Shown piece after piece: positions 29,153-38,769 of a stretch of 64,000 nt of DNA. Under the pieces are notes generated by a model. The model searched no databases. It worked only from the letters and a program-made list of their open reading frames with translations, and was not told the DNA's origin. Origin of the DNA: Myxococcota bacterium (GTDB taxonomy: Bacteria; Myxococcota_A; Polyangia; Nannocystales; Nannocystaceae); the NCBI GenBank assembly GCA_039028615.1, contig JBCCHT010000008.1, positions 128,001 to 192,000 on the forward strand. The letters are read 5' to 3'. Within the stretch, counting starts at the first letter, position 1. Each line of letters begins with the position of its first letter. The position numbers were made by a program, and so were the translations under genes.

Positions 29153-29318
29153 TCGACGGCAGCGGAACTTCGTGATCCCGGGCTCATGCTCGCGACGCGA
29201 ACCGTCGTGCAATCCCACACGTGGGCCCACGCCTCCCCACGTGCCCCGTTTCGACGCCTCATTGTCGCTTGCCCGGCGCCTGCGACCGCGCGATAAGCAG
29301 TGCGTCCAGAGGTTTAGG

Positions 29319-31622
29319 ATGCATCGTTCGACCAAGCTTTCCTTCTTGCTCTATGTGTGCCCGCTCGTCGCCTGCGGCGATGATGTCCCCGAAGTCCCGG
29401 ATGAATCCGGCACCACCGGCGACACGACGACCACCACCAACACCACGGTCACCGTCCCCACCACGGTGACGGACACCGACACCACCGAGGGCGCCACCGA
29501 CAGCATGGCGGACTCGACGGGCACCGCGGGGACCACCGAGGACGACGGCACCACCGACGGCACCACCGAGGACGACGGCACCACCGACGGCACCACCGAG
29601 GACGACGGCACCACCGACGGCACCACCGACAGGACGACCGAAGACAGCGGCACCACCGACGGCACCAGCACCACGAGCGGGACCACCAGCGGCACGACCA
29701 GCACCACCAGTGGCTCGAGCGGCGACACGTGTGGCGATGGCGTCGCCGACATGAGCGAGGACTGCGACGACACCGACCTGGCCGGTGCCACCTGCGGCAG
29801 CGAGGGCTTCGACGGCGGCACGCTCGGCTGCAACGCCGACTGCACCTTCGACACCTCCGCCTGCACCACCTGCGGCGACGACGTGGCCGAGGGCACCGAG
29901 ATCTGCGACGGCGCGGACCTGGCCGGCGCCACCTGTGCCAGCGAGGGCTTCGACGGGGGCGCCATCGATTGCGCCCCCGACTGCACGCTCGACACCTCCG
30001 CCTGCACCACCTGCGGTAACGGAATCGCCGAGGGCACCGAGGAGTGCGACGGCGCCGACGTGGGCATCAACACCTGCGCCGACCTCGGCATGGGCTTCAC
30101 GGGCGGCACGCTCGGCTGCGACGCCAGCTGCAACTTCGATCCTGGCGCCTGCACCTCGGTCCCCTGGCCCGGCATCGGCGAGGTCGTGATCACCGAGATC
30201 ATGCAGAACCCGTTCACCCTGGGCGACACCGACGGCGAGTTCTTCGAGCTGTACAACCCAACCATGGCGACCTACCAGCTCGCCAACTGCCTGTTCGAAG
30301 GCAGCACCGACACCGGCTTCTCCATCCCCGACGACCTGCAGATCGGCCCCCTGTCGTACCTCACGCTGGCCACCGACTCCATGGTCGACCAGGGCTTCGT
30401 GGCCGACTACCAGTGGGACGGCAGCGTCTTCGGGCTCAACAACGGCAACGACATCGTCCGCATCCTCTGCGGCGGCCTGCCGGTCGACATCGTCGAGTAC
30501 GACGACGGAGCCACGTTCCCCGACCCCAACGGGGCGAGCATGAACCTGAGCTTCGACATGTACGACGCGATGCTCAACGACATCGGCACCAACTGGTGTG
30601 AGAGCAACACCAGCTACAACGGCGACTTCGGCACCCCCGGTGCCGACAACATCATCTGTATGGCGCCGGTCACCTACAACATCGACTTCTGTCGGCTGCA
30701 GTTCCCCAACGTCGTCGACGACACCGAGGGCACCAGCGTCGACGCCTTCGGCCGGCTCTTCATCGCCGGGCTCACCGACATCAGCGGCGTCAACGATCCC
30801 GCGCCCGAGGTCTTCGGCTCGATCGGCTACGGCCCCGACGGCAGCGACCCCGCCGTGGACCCGGGCTGGGTGTGGAGCCCGACCACCCCGAACGCGTCCT
30901 ACGGCCCCGCCTCGCCCGGCTACGAGGCCAACAACGACGAGTATACGGGTACCTTCAACATCCCGAGCCCTCCGGGCAACTACGACTTCGCCTTCCGCTT
31001 CAGCGGCGACAGCGGGGCCACCTTCACCTACTGCGACGGTCAGCCCGAGGGTAGCTCCAACGGCTACGCCGCCGCCGATGCGGGCCAGATGACCTCGCAG
31101 CCGGGTGCTGCGCCCGCGAACCTGTACTTCAGCGAGTACATCGAGGGCAGCTCCAACAACAAGGCGCTCGAGATCTACAACGCCGATGCCGGCGACGCCG
31201 ACCTCACCGCGTGCGAGGTTCGGATCTACTTCGGTGCCAACATGGCCGCGGGCAACACGATCCCGCTGTCCGGGACGCTCGCCGCCGGCGATACCTTCCT
31301 AATCTGCGAGAACAACCTCGACGCCGGGCTCTTCGACCCCGCCAACTGCGACATCGCCGACAACGGTAGCTTCTATAACGGCGACGACAGCATCGAGCTG
31401 GTCTGCAGCAGCACCACCCTCGACGTCATCGGCCAGATCGGCACCGACCCCGGATCCGCATACACGGGCGGAGGCGTCAGCACCCAAAACCAGACCCTGC
31501 GACGCGACTGCTCGGTCACCACGGGTGACTCCAACGGCAGCGACATGTTCGATCCCTCGGTGGAGTGGAACGGCTTCATGACCGACGACTTCGCCGACTT
31601 CGGCACCTACGTCTGCCCGTAG
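29319..31622 (+). CDS. Lipoprotein with Thr/Asp linker, three Cys-rich repeats and two lamin-tail domains
   Basis: LVAC; CGDGVA..ECDG.DL.G.TC x3; VVITEIMQNP..GEFFELYN; LYFSEYIEGSSNNKALEIYN. Confidence 0.88.
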   Translation: MHRSTKLSFLLYVCPLVACGDDVPEVPDESGTTGDTTTTTNTTVTVPTTVTDTDTTEGATDSMADSTGTAGTTEDDGTTDGTTEDDGTTDGTTEDDGTTDGTTDRTTEDSGTTDGTSTTSGTTSGTTSTTSGSSGDTCGDGVADMSEDCDDTDLAGATCGSEGFDGGTLGCNADCTFDTSACTTCGDDVAEGTEICDGADLAGATCASEGFDGGAIDCAPDCTLDTSACTTCGNGIAEGTEECDGADVGINTCADLGMGFTGGTLGCDASCNFDPGACTSVPWPGIGEVVITEIMQNPFTLGDTDGEFFELYNPTMATYQLANCLFEGSTDTGFSIPDDLQIGPLSYLTLATDSMVDQGFVADYQWDGSVFGLNNGNDIVRILCGGLPVDIVEYDDGATFPDPNGASMNLSFDMYDAMLNDIGTNWCESNTSYNGDFGTPGADNIICMAPVTYNIDFCRLQFPNVVDDTEGTSVDAFGRLFIAGLTDISGVNDPAPEVFGSIGYGPDGSDPAVDPGWVWSPTTPNASYGPASPGYEANNDEYTGTFNIPSPPGNYDFAFRFSGDSGATFTYCDGQPEGSSNGYAAADAGQMTSQPGAAPANLYFSEYIEGSSNNKALEIYNADAGDADLTACEVRIYFGANMAAGNTIPLSGTLAAGDTFLICENNLDAGLFDPANCDIADNGSFYNGDDSIELVCSSTTLDVIGQIGTDPGSAYTGGGVSTQNQTLRRDCSVTTGDSNGSDMFDPSVEWNGFMTDDFADFGTYVCP
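29532..29621 (+). repeat. Coding tandem repeat, 3 x 30 bp (TTEDDGTTDG)
   Basis: ACCACCGAGGACGACGGCACCACCGACGGC exact at 29532, 29562 and 29592, followed by a degenerate copy. Confidence 0.95.
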
Positions 31623-31649
31623 CCCCGCTCACCCTCGGGTGAATTCAGT

Positions 31650-31680
31650 CGGCCCGCATCGCGCTTCGCGATGCGGGCCG
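31650..31680 (+). terminator. Perfect 14-bp hairpin after the LTD gene
   Basis: CGGCCCGCATCGCG-CTT-CGCGATGCGGGCCG. Confidence 0.7.
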
Positions 31681-31863
31681 TCGTACGTTTCAGCCCATGC
31701 GAATCCTGCGCGGATTCGGCTTCGACCCACCTCGCAACAATTGACCATGGGCCCCGAAACCGCCACGCACGGCCACGGGCGGTTCTCTCGGCCCAATCAG
31801 CGCCGTACATCCGACCCGAGGCCCACGCTCGACTCACCCGCCTCGATCGCCTACCTTCCGCAT

Positions 31864-32778
31864 ATGGATTGGTTTGATACTAGGTTGAGTATTCTGTGCA
31901 CGGCCGCCCTATTGGCCCTAGCGTGCGCCGGAGATGACAGTGCCGCCGATGCTGGAGCAGACGACGGTGCCACCACCCAGGGCGCCACCACCGAGCCCAC
32001 CTCGAGCACCTCACAGCCCGTCGACACGGACACCGAGGGCGACGACACGGCGGGCGACACCGAGGAAGACACGGACATCGGCACCGGGACCGACACGGGC
32101 GAGCCCTTGCCCGAGTGCCCCGAAGCCGAGGACGTCTCGGCCGCGTTCGTCATCGAGATCGATGGCCAGGAGATCGATGCCGACTACGCCGAGTTCAGCG
32201 GTGGCGTGTTCGGCCGGCCGAAGGATTGGAACGTGCAAGACACCCTGCCCGAGATCAACTCGATGTGCACGATCTTGGAGCAGATGCCCGGCTCGCTGAC
32301 CCTGACCTGCAACGACAACGACGCGGTCGAGCGCACCTTCACCGTGCGCCCCGAGGCCTCCGAAGCATTCGCGCTGGACGTGGGCAAAGGGCCCGTGAAC
32401 GTCTGGTACCAGATCGTCGAAGATGGCGACATGCTCGAGCACGTCTCCGACACCGCGGGGCATTCGTTCGTCCTGTCCAATGACGCAGGGGTCATCCTCG
32501 CGGGCATCGACGGGCGCTACACCATGCTTGGATCGGCCTCCGAAGCCTGGCCCGACCTCATCCAAGGCCGGGTACGAGAGCCGCAGTGCACCGGTCGCGA
32601 CATGGCCGAGATTTCGCTGGGCGAGGAAGTGGCGGAGCTGCTCGAAGGCTCGGCCGGCGACCTCGGAGACCACCGGGTGATCGTCGAGACCGCGGTGTTC
32701 ACCTTGGAGTTCGACGGCGAGCTCAACGAGTCGGTGGACACCGCCCGCTGGATCGTGGGGCGACCCGCCGCGAAGTAA
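31864..32778 (+). CDS. Acidic lipoprotein, hypothetical
   Basis: MDWFDTRLSILCTAALLALAC lipobox, Thr/Asp linker, beta-rich domain. Confidence 0.8.
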   Translation: MDWFDTRLSILCTAALLALACAGDDSAADAGADDGATTQGATTEPTSSTSQPVDTDTEGDDTAGDTEEDTDIGTGTDTGEPLPECPEAEDVSAAFVIEIDGQEIDADYAEFSGGVFGRPKDWNVQDTLPEINSMCTILEQMPGSLTLTCNDNDAVERTFTVRPEASEAFALDVGKGPVNVWYQIVEDGDMLEHVSDTAGHSFVLSNDAGVILAGIDGRYTMLGSASEAWPDLIQGRVREPQCTGRDMAEISLGEEVAELLEGSAGDLGDHRVIVETAVFTLEFDGELNESVDTARWIVGRPAAK

Positions 32779-32798
32779 GGCCGAAACTCTCGAACACT

Positions 32799-32836
32799 GC
32801 GCCGTCCGACGACCGTCGGGCGGCGCGTTTTCGTTT
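32799..32836 (+). terminator. Rho-independent terminator
   Basis: GCGCCGTCCGAC-GACC-GTCGGGCGGCGC-GTTTTCGTTT. Confidence 0.8.
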
Positions 32837-32849
32837 CGAGCCTTCGTTT

Positions 32850-33075
32850 CAGGCGCACGAATTACTCATGCAGACCCTTGCGGCTCACGCTCGGCTCGCT
32901 CGACCTGCAGGACCAGACGATCGCCGCCAACAACTTCTTCAAACACATCGCTCGTCATTTCCAACGACACGGGGGGTCATCGTGGCGGGCATCGACACGC
33001 TACACCTTCGTCGGCTCGGTGAACGACGCGTGGCCCGAGTCGCTTCTCCAAGGCCGTATGCCCGCCCCGGAGTAG
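32850..33075 (+). pseudogene. Frameshifted remnant of a paralog of the 31864-32778 lipoprotein
   Basis: Mixed-frame SLVISNDTG/VIVAGID/RYTFVGSVNDAWPESLLQGRMPAPE aligns with SFVLSNDAGVILAGIDGRYTMLGSASEAWPDLIQGRVREPQ of the upstream gene. Confidence 0.75.
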
Positions 33076-33079
33076 CCAC

Positions 33080-33907
33080 CTAGCCCAGCAGCAGCGCCAT
33101 GAACAACGCGGCCACCATGCCGAGCGCCAGCGCGTTGAAGTACAAAAACCCCAGCGCCATGGATCGCAGCGCGGTCGCCCACCAGCTCGCGTCGTAGGCG
33201 TGCTGCAGCGCAAAGACGGTATAGAACGGGATCGGCAGCAGGAACACGGCGGACCACGCGTAGGGGATCGCCAAGGCCGGGATCGCGAGCAGGAACCACA
33301 CGCTGTGGACGTGCAGCGAGAACACCAGGTGCTCCACGTACAGCCCGCCCGTGCCCAGGAACACCAGCTTGAGCAGCAGGGCGAACACGGGCAGCAGCAC
33401 GAACATCAGCAGCGGGCCGTTGTCGAGCGCGCCCGAGAAGATCTTCTGGTCGCGCTCGGCCGGAGGTAGCTTGCCCAGCTCGTCGATGCGTTCCTGGAGC
33501 AGGCGATCGAAGCCGGTCGCCGTTTCGTCCGTGCCGTCATTGAACTCGAGCTGGGTCACGCCGCCTTCGGGCGGATCCATCATCGTGTGCAGCCGCAGGG
33601 AGAGGCTGGCCGCCGCGAACATCAGCAGGCTGACGAACAGATACAGGCGTACCGGGGAGACGTAGCGCTGGCGCTTGCCCTGGTTGAACTCCCGCGTGAT
33701 GCGGCCGGGGCGAAGCATGCCCCGCAGCGTGCGGCCGAAGCGTCCGTCGAACTCGGTGGTCTCGCGGAAGACGTCGCCGATCAGCCGAAGCAACGACTTG
33801 CGAAAGTCGCCCCGCCGCTGACCACAGGCCGGGCAGAACTCGAGCTCGACCATGGTGCCGCAATTGAGACAGGGCTCGGGTTGCAGCGGGGCGGGCTCGT
33901 CGGACAT
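33080..33907 (-). CDS. DUF3667 membrane protein
   Basis: CLNCG..FCPACGQ, DGRFGRTL..PG..GKRQRYVSPVRLYLF, YVEHLVFSLH. Confidence 0.88.
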   Translation of the reverse strand: MSDEPAPLQPEPCLNCGTMVELEFCPACGQRRGDFRKSLLRLIGDVFRETTEFDGRFGRTLRGMLRPGRITREFNQGKRQRYVSPVRLYLFVSLLMFAAASLSLRLHTMMDPPEGGVTQLEFNDGTDETATGFDRLLQERIDELGKLPPAERDQKIFSGALDNGPLLMFVLLPVFALLLKLVFLGTGGLYVEHLVFSLHVHSVWFLLAIPALAIPYAWSAVFLLPIPFYTVFALQHAYDASWWATALRSMALGFLYFNALALGMVAALFMALLLG

Positions 33908-33980
33908 CGGGACCCGCAGGATAGCGCGCGCGGTGCCGTAACGCCGACCGAACGCGTGGTTCGGGTATGCTCGGCGCTCC

Positions 33981-34769
33981 GTGTCCGTCACGCCCGCTCC
34001 CATCCCGCCGAAGTTGGCATCGACCTACCGAGGCTGGGAGTGGGCGCCGTTTTATCGCAACCAACTCGGGGTGGTGACGCATCGCCTGCGGCGGAGCGGC
34101 GAGACGCTCTTCGCCAAGGTCGCCCCGGCTACGACCCACCCGAGCCTGAGCCAGGAAGCAGAGCGCATGCGGTGGGCGGGCAATCACCTGCCCGTGCCGA
34201 CCATCCTCGACTGCGATGCCGAAGCGGGTCACCAGTGGCTGGTCACGCGCGCGCTACCGGGCGAGGACGCGACCCGGCACTCGCTGCTCCAGACCGACCC
34301 CGCTCGACTCGTCGGTGCCCTCGCCCGTGGCCTCTCGGTCTTCCATGCCCTCCCCGTGGCCGAGTGCCCCTGGCGCTTCGATCTCGAGACCTCGGTCCCC
34401 CTCGCCACCGAACGAGTCCAGCAGGGCCTGGTCGAGCCCAGCGATCTCAACGAAGACTTCGCCCACCTCACCCCCGAGCAGGCCCTGGCCCAGCTGCTAC
34501 GCACCCGCCCGGACAGCGAGGACCTCGTGGTGTGCCACGGCGACTACTGCTTCCCCAACCTGCTGCTCACGGGCGAAGAGGTCACGGGCTACGTGGACCT
34601 CGGCGAGCTGGGCGTGGCGTGCCGCTGGTGGGACCTCGCCGTCGCCACCTGGAGCACGATCTGGAACGCGGGCCCAGGCCACGAGGACGCCTTCACCGAC
34701 GCCTACGGGGTCGCCCGCGACGAGGCTCACATCCAGTTCTACCGGCTGCTGTACTGCCTGGTGTCGTGA
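33981..34769 (+). CDS. Aminoglycoside 3'-phosphotransferase-like kinase
   Basis: LFAK, EAERMRW..LPVP, LVVCHGDYCFPN, GYVDLGELGVACRWWDLA, FYRLL. Confidence 0.85.
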   Translation: MSVTPAPIPPKLASTYRGWEWAPFYRNQLGVVTHRLRRSGETLFAKVAPATTHPSLSQEAERMRWAGNHLPVPTILDCDAEAGHQWLVTRALPGEDATRHSLLQTDPARLVGALARGLSVFHALPVAECPWRFDLETSVPLATERVQQGLVEPSDLNEDFAHLTPEQALAQLLRTRPDSEDLVVCHGDYCFPNLLLTGEEVTGYVDLGELGVACRWWDLAVATWSTIWNAGPGHEDAFTDAYGVARDEAHIQFYRLLYCLVS

Positions 34770-34770
34770 T

Positions 34771-35988
34771 TCACTGCGCGAACATCCGCAGCTTCGACAC
34801 GGCCACGTCCCGCATCTGGCAGACGTCGGCATAGTCCACGCTGCGCATCATGACCATGCCGTCGCCGAGCAGGGTGTTCTTCCAGTCCCGCCGTCGGTGG
34901 CCGATGGGCAGCAGGTCCTCGATGACCAGGCCGCCCCCCGCCCGCTGCCGCACGGCATCGAGGCCCTCGATCCGAGTGATGCGCCCCTGCCCTTGCGCGC
35001 GCTTGAACACCGCGGCCACGTGATAGCGCCGATGCGGCGTGGCCTGAAACGAGCGCCAGCAGACGGCTCGCGCCCACTCCCGATAGATGTCGATGTCGTT
35101 GGCGAAGTTGATCGCGTCCATCAGCTTGCCGCCGCCGCTGCGACAGGCAATCTCGCTGAACACCGCCTCGCCCCGCGAATTCGTGAACCACTCCATGTGC
35201 ACGAAGCCCGTGCCCATGCGCAGCGCCTGCAGAGCCTGTCGCCCCAGGTCGATCCCACACTGCATCTCGGCGATATACGGATCTCGCAGCGTGATCTGAG
35301 CGGGGCTGATCCACTCTTGCGTGCGCGACTGCAGCGGCGGCGGGTGGTACTGCGTGATGCTCTCGAACACAGCCCGCCCCTCGATGGCCACCGCGTCGTA
35401 GGTGAACTCCTCGCCCTCGATGAACTCTTCGATGCCGATCTCGGGCACGTGCCCCATGGTCTCGAGCTTGGCCCGCGCCTGCTCCGGGTCGTCGACCCGC
35501 CAGGTGTCCTTGGTGCCCGCCCCGGAGACCGGCTTGATCACCACCGGGTAGCCGATGGCCGCGGCCGCCTCGAGCACGCCCTCGACGGTATCGGCCCGAT
35601 CGAAGCGAGGGATGCGGACCTCGGCCTCGGCCAGTCGCGCCTTCATGATCGGCTTGTCGCGAAAGCCCAGCGTGGTGTCGTGGTCCATCCCGCCAAGGCC
35701 CAGCGCCTCGCGGACTCGGGCCGCCAGCAGCACCAGCGGCTCCCACAGGGTCTCCACCCGATCGGCCCCGATCGCCCGTGCAGCGTCGATCAGGGGCCCC
35801 AGCGCCCGCTCTTCGTCGAACAGCGAGGGCAGCTCGAGGTAGTCCCGCAACGCCCGGCGCACGTGCTCGGGAAGCACCTGCGCGGGCACGTCCCCCACCC
35901 CGTAGACCTCGGCGCCGACCTCCGAGAGCCCCCGGGTGAACTCGGGCATCTCCTCGGGATAGTGCGGCGAGAGGAACAGGACCTTCAT
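34771..35988 (-). CDS. ATP-grasp domain protein
   Basis: FRDKPIMK, GYPVVIKPVSGAG, EEFIEGEEF, HMEWF, FSEIACR. Confidence 0.9.
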   Translation of the reverse strand: MKVLFLSPHYPEEMPEFTRGLSEVGAEVYGVGDVPAQVLPEHVRRALRDYLELPSLFDEERALGPLIDAARAIGADRVETLWEPLVLLAARVREALGLGGMDHDTTLGFRDKPIMKARLAEAEVRIPRFDRADTVEGVLEAAAAIGYPVVIKPVSGAGTKDTWRVDDPEQARAKLETMGHVPEIGIEEFIEGEEFTYDAVAIEGRAVFESITQYHPPPLQSRTQEWISPAQITLRDPYIAEMQCGIDLGRQALQALRMGTGFVHMEWFTNSRGEAVFSEIACRSGGGKLMDAINFANDIDIYREWARAVCWRSFQATPHRRYHVAAVFKRAQGQGRITRIEGLDAVRQRAGGGLVIEDLLPIGHRRRDWKNTLLGDGMVMMRSVDYADVCQMRDVAVSKLRMFAQ

Positions 35989-35993
35989 CGGAC

Positions 35994-36521
35994 CTAACGC
36001 AACACCCCGCCCATGCGTCGCTCGGTTCGTCGCCGTCGCGAGTCGGCCCGCAGCGCCGAGATGCCCACCGCATAGATCGCCCAGAACGCGATGCCGACCA
36101 CCATGCCCTGCAGCCCCGAGCCCACCACGGGCGACTCGGCCTGGATGGTGCGTAGCTCCCCCGCCGCCCGGATGGTGGTGTAGAGGAAGAATAGGAACGC
36201 GGTGGTGGTGACCATCGCCCGCAGGATGCTGAAGCCGGAGATCCGCTGCGGGCGGTTGATGCCCGGACGGCCGAACTCCATGCCGTCGAGCATCACTCGC
36301 ATCCAGCTGGCCAACATGGGAAAGAGCAACAGCCCAGTGATCCCTGCGAGCCCGGGCACGGCTTGTCGCAGCTGCTCGATGGGCAGCACGACTTCTCCGG
36401 GCAGCAGCGCGAGCAGAGGCATCACGGTCTGCGCAGCGTAGCGGATTCGCGCGCCGTCACCCAGACCGGGCCCCGATGCGCCCTCATCGGGCGTTGGCGG
36501 GGTCGTGGCGAGCTGCCCCAC
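35994..36521 (-). CDS. Small 3-TM membrane protein
   Basis: Three hydrophobic helices; ends 5 nt before the ATP-grasp start; start uncertain. Confidence 0.65.
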   Translation of the reverse strand: MGQLATTPPTPDEGASGPGLGDGARIRYAAQTVMPLLALLPGEVVLPIEQLRQAVPGLAGITGLLLFPMLASWMRVMLDGMEFGRPGINRPQRISGFSILRAMVTTTAFLFFLYTTIRAAGELRTIQAESPVVGSGLQGMVVGIAFWAIYAVGISALRADSRRRRTERRMGGVLR

Positions 36522-36647
36522 AAGTGCCGTCGGGCCCGCGCCAAATCGCTCGCGCCTCCGTTCCGATATGACCCGCGCTCATCTTTCGATGGCAACCACC
36601 GATCGTGCCGGTTACGATGCCATTGGGGATAGGGGGTAGAAAACTAG

Positions 36648-38609
36648 ATGGGGGAGTCTTGGCGCTCAGTCTTCTGGGCGGTCGGGATACTCGTGCACGC
36701 GGGTTGTTCCGACACGCCGAACACAACCAATGACACGGAGCCGAGCGGGGTGAGCTCGGCCGATGCATCGACCGGCGATGCATGTCGTCCAGACCAAACG
36801 ATGGCGTGTACCTGCTCCGATGGGGCCACGGGCACGCAATCATGTCTGAACGGCGGCGGTGGCTTTTCACCGTGTGTCTGCGAACCGCAACCACTCGATA
36901 CGGGAGCGATGACGGGAAGCGATACGGGCGATCCTCCCGAGGACGACTCGACCGGAGGGCATCGTCCCGAATGTGCCAGTGATGATGAATGTGTAGCAAC
37001 GAGTGGAGAGTGTTGGATCGGAGTTTGTGGAGAGGATGGAACGTGTACGGAGGTCGCCGCCGCCGACGATACGCCGTGCGGTGATCCGGGCGAGACCGAT
37101 TGCACGACGCCCGATCGTTGCGAAGCGGGCACCTGCATGGCCAACCACCGCGCTCAGGGGCTCGGCTGCCAGACCTGCGCAGAGGGGCCCTGCGCCTGCG
37201 ACGAAGGGAGCTGCGGCGCCTGCCAGCAGTTCGCGACGGTCAACGAGTTCACCACGGCGCGCTCCATCGAAGGCTGGACGCTGACCGGGGACTGGGCTCT
37301 GCGGACCTTTGCCCCGCAGAGCCAGGTCGAGCCGCGCACGATCTTTTCGGGCCAAGTGCTGGGCACCGACGGCAATCGCAGTGACCCGGCGCCCGGAGAA
37401 GAAGCCGAGACCTCCTACGCGCGCACGCCCGAGGTACCGCTGCCGGAGACGGTGGTGTTCTGGTCGTGGCACGTGGACGAGGGGGCGGGTGACCACGACG
37501 CCAAGTCGGTCCGCGTCTCGACCGATGGTGGCATCAGCTGGGTGACCCTGGCCGACTGCAACCTCGATCCGGGCCTGCCCTTTTGCGCCTATGTGAACAC
37601 GGCCGACCCCGCGGCGTGGGCCCAGGTGGAGCTCGCCGTGCCCGAGCCACTGCAGGGCCAGCTCGGCATCATCGAGTTCGGCTACGACACGGTCGACGAG
37701 TGCTGCACCTTCGAAAAGGGCTGGTACATCGACTCGCTGAACGTCGGCACCGAGTGCGCGTGCGTGGCCGATTCCGATTGCATGCGCTACGGCAGCGCCT
37801 GCGGCTCGGGACAGTGCCTGCCCACGGGCGAGTGCGGCCTGCTGCCGTCTCCGCTGGATTGGCCCTGCGGCGACCCGACGACCAACGAATGCAACGGCGC
37901 CGACACCTGCGACGGGCAGGGCTACTGCCGTGATCACCTCGAGCCGACCGGGCTCGTGACCTGCGACGACTGCCCCAGCGGAGGCCCGTGCTCGGTGTGC
38001 GTGGAGGGCGAGTGCCCCGACTGTGGATCCGTGGGCTTCGACCCCGGCTTCGACAACCCGATGACGGTCGCCGACTGGACCATCTCACCGCTGTTCGGCT
38101 CGCCCGACTGGGGCCTTTTCGACGAGGCGCCCCGCAACGCCAACCCGGGCTCCGAGCCCGTGCCCTTTCCCAACGCGCCCGTCTTCGGGGTCGATGGCAA
38201 CCGGGACCCGCCCTACCCCGGCTACGAGATGGAGCACTCTCGGGTCGTGACCGGCGAGGGCATCATCGCCGCCGCGCTGACCTTCGACTCGTGGCACGTG
38301 GACGAAGGTGGAGCGAACCACGACACCAAGCGGGTCGAGCTGAGCGTCGACGATGGAGCCACGTGGCACGAGCTCGCCAATTGCGAAGGCGCCGCCGGAA
38401 GCCAGCTCTTTTGCACTCCGGTCGGGGACGGCCGGGCCGGCGACGACTGGGACGCCATTAGCCTGGATACATCGGCCTGGGAGGGCCAAACCGGCCGGCT
38501 GCGCTTCTCTTACGACACCCAGGACGGCTGCTGTTCCTTCGAACGCGGCTGGTTCATCGACAACCTCGACGGCTTCACCCAGGTCTGCGAAGACGACCCG
38601 TTTCCATGA
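36648..38609 (+). CDS. Cys-rich lipoprotein with a duplicated jelly-roll-like domain
   Basis: HAGC lipobox; two copies of G.DGNR..SWHVDEG..D.K.V..S.D.G..W..YDT.D.CC.FE.GW.ID. Confidence 0.85.
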   Translation: MGESWRSVFWAVGILVHAGCSDTPNTTNDTEPSGVSSADASTGDACRPDQTMACTCSDGATGTQSCLNGGGGFSPCVCEPQPLDTGAMTGSDTGDPPEDDSTGGHRPECASDDECVATSGECWIGVCGEDGTCTEVAAADDTPCGDPGETDCTTPDRCEAGTCMANHRAQGLGCQTCAEGPCACDEGSCGACQQFATVNEFTTARSIEGWTLTGDWALRTFAPQSQVEPRTIFSGQVLGTDGNRSDPAPGEEAETSYARTPEVPLPETVVFWSWHVDEGAGDHDAKSVRVSTDGGISWVTLADCNLDPGLPFCAYVNTADPAAWAQVELAVPEPLQGQLGIIEFGYDTVDECCTFEKGWYIDSLNVGTECACVADSDCMRYGSACGSGQCLPTGECGLLPSPLDWPCGDPTTNECNGADTCDGQGYCRDHLEPTGLVTCDDCPSGGPCSVCVEGECPDCGSVGFDPGFDNPMTVADWTISPLFGSPDWGLFDEAPRNANPGSEPVPFPNAPVFGVDGNRDPPYPGYEMEHSRVVTGEGIIAAALTFDSWHVDEGGANHDTKRVELSVDDGATWHELANCEGAAGSQLFCTPVGDGRAGDDWDAISLDTSAWEGQTGRLRFSYDTQDGCCSFERGWFIDNLDGFTQVCEDDPFP

Positions 38610-38769
38610 GACCGTGAGCTGTCCCTCGGTTTTTGGGCCGAAGCCGGAATGCCTACGCCCGCCCCGCCGCCTGGGCCCGTAGTGGAGACCACGCCCTCGG
38701 CAGGTTTCGGCGTCGGGGACCCGCTCGGGGCTTGCGCGTGGCGACGGAGCAGCCGACCATCGTCTCTCC

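Noticed and set aside
29532..29660. 30-bp repeats as a CRISPR array
   Set aside because: Head-to-tail with no spacers, in frame within a linker, and no cas genes
32878..33075. 65-aa ORF as a real small protein
   Set aside because: Better explained as a frameshifted remnant of the upstream gene's paralog
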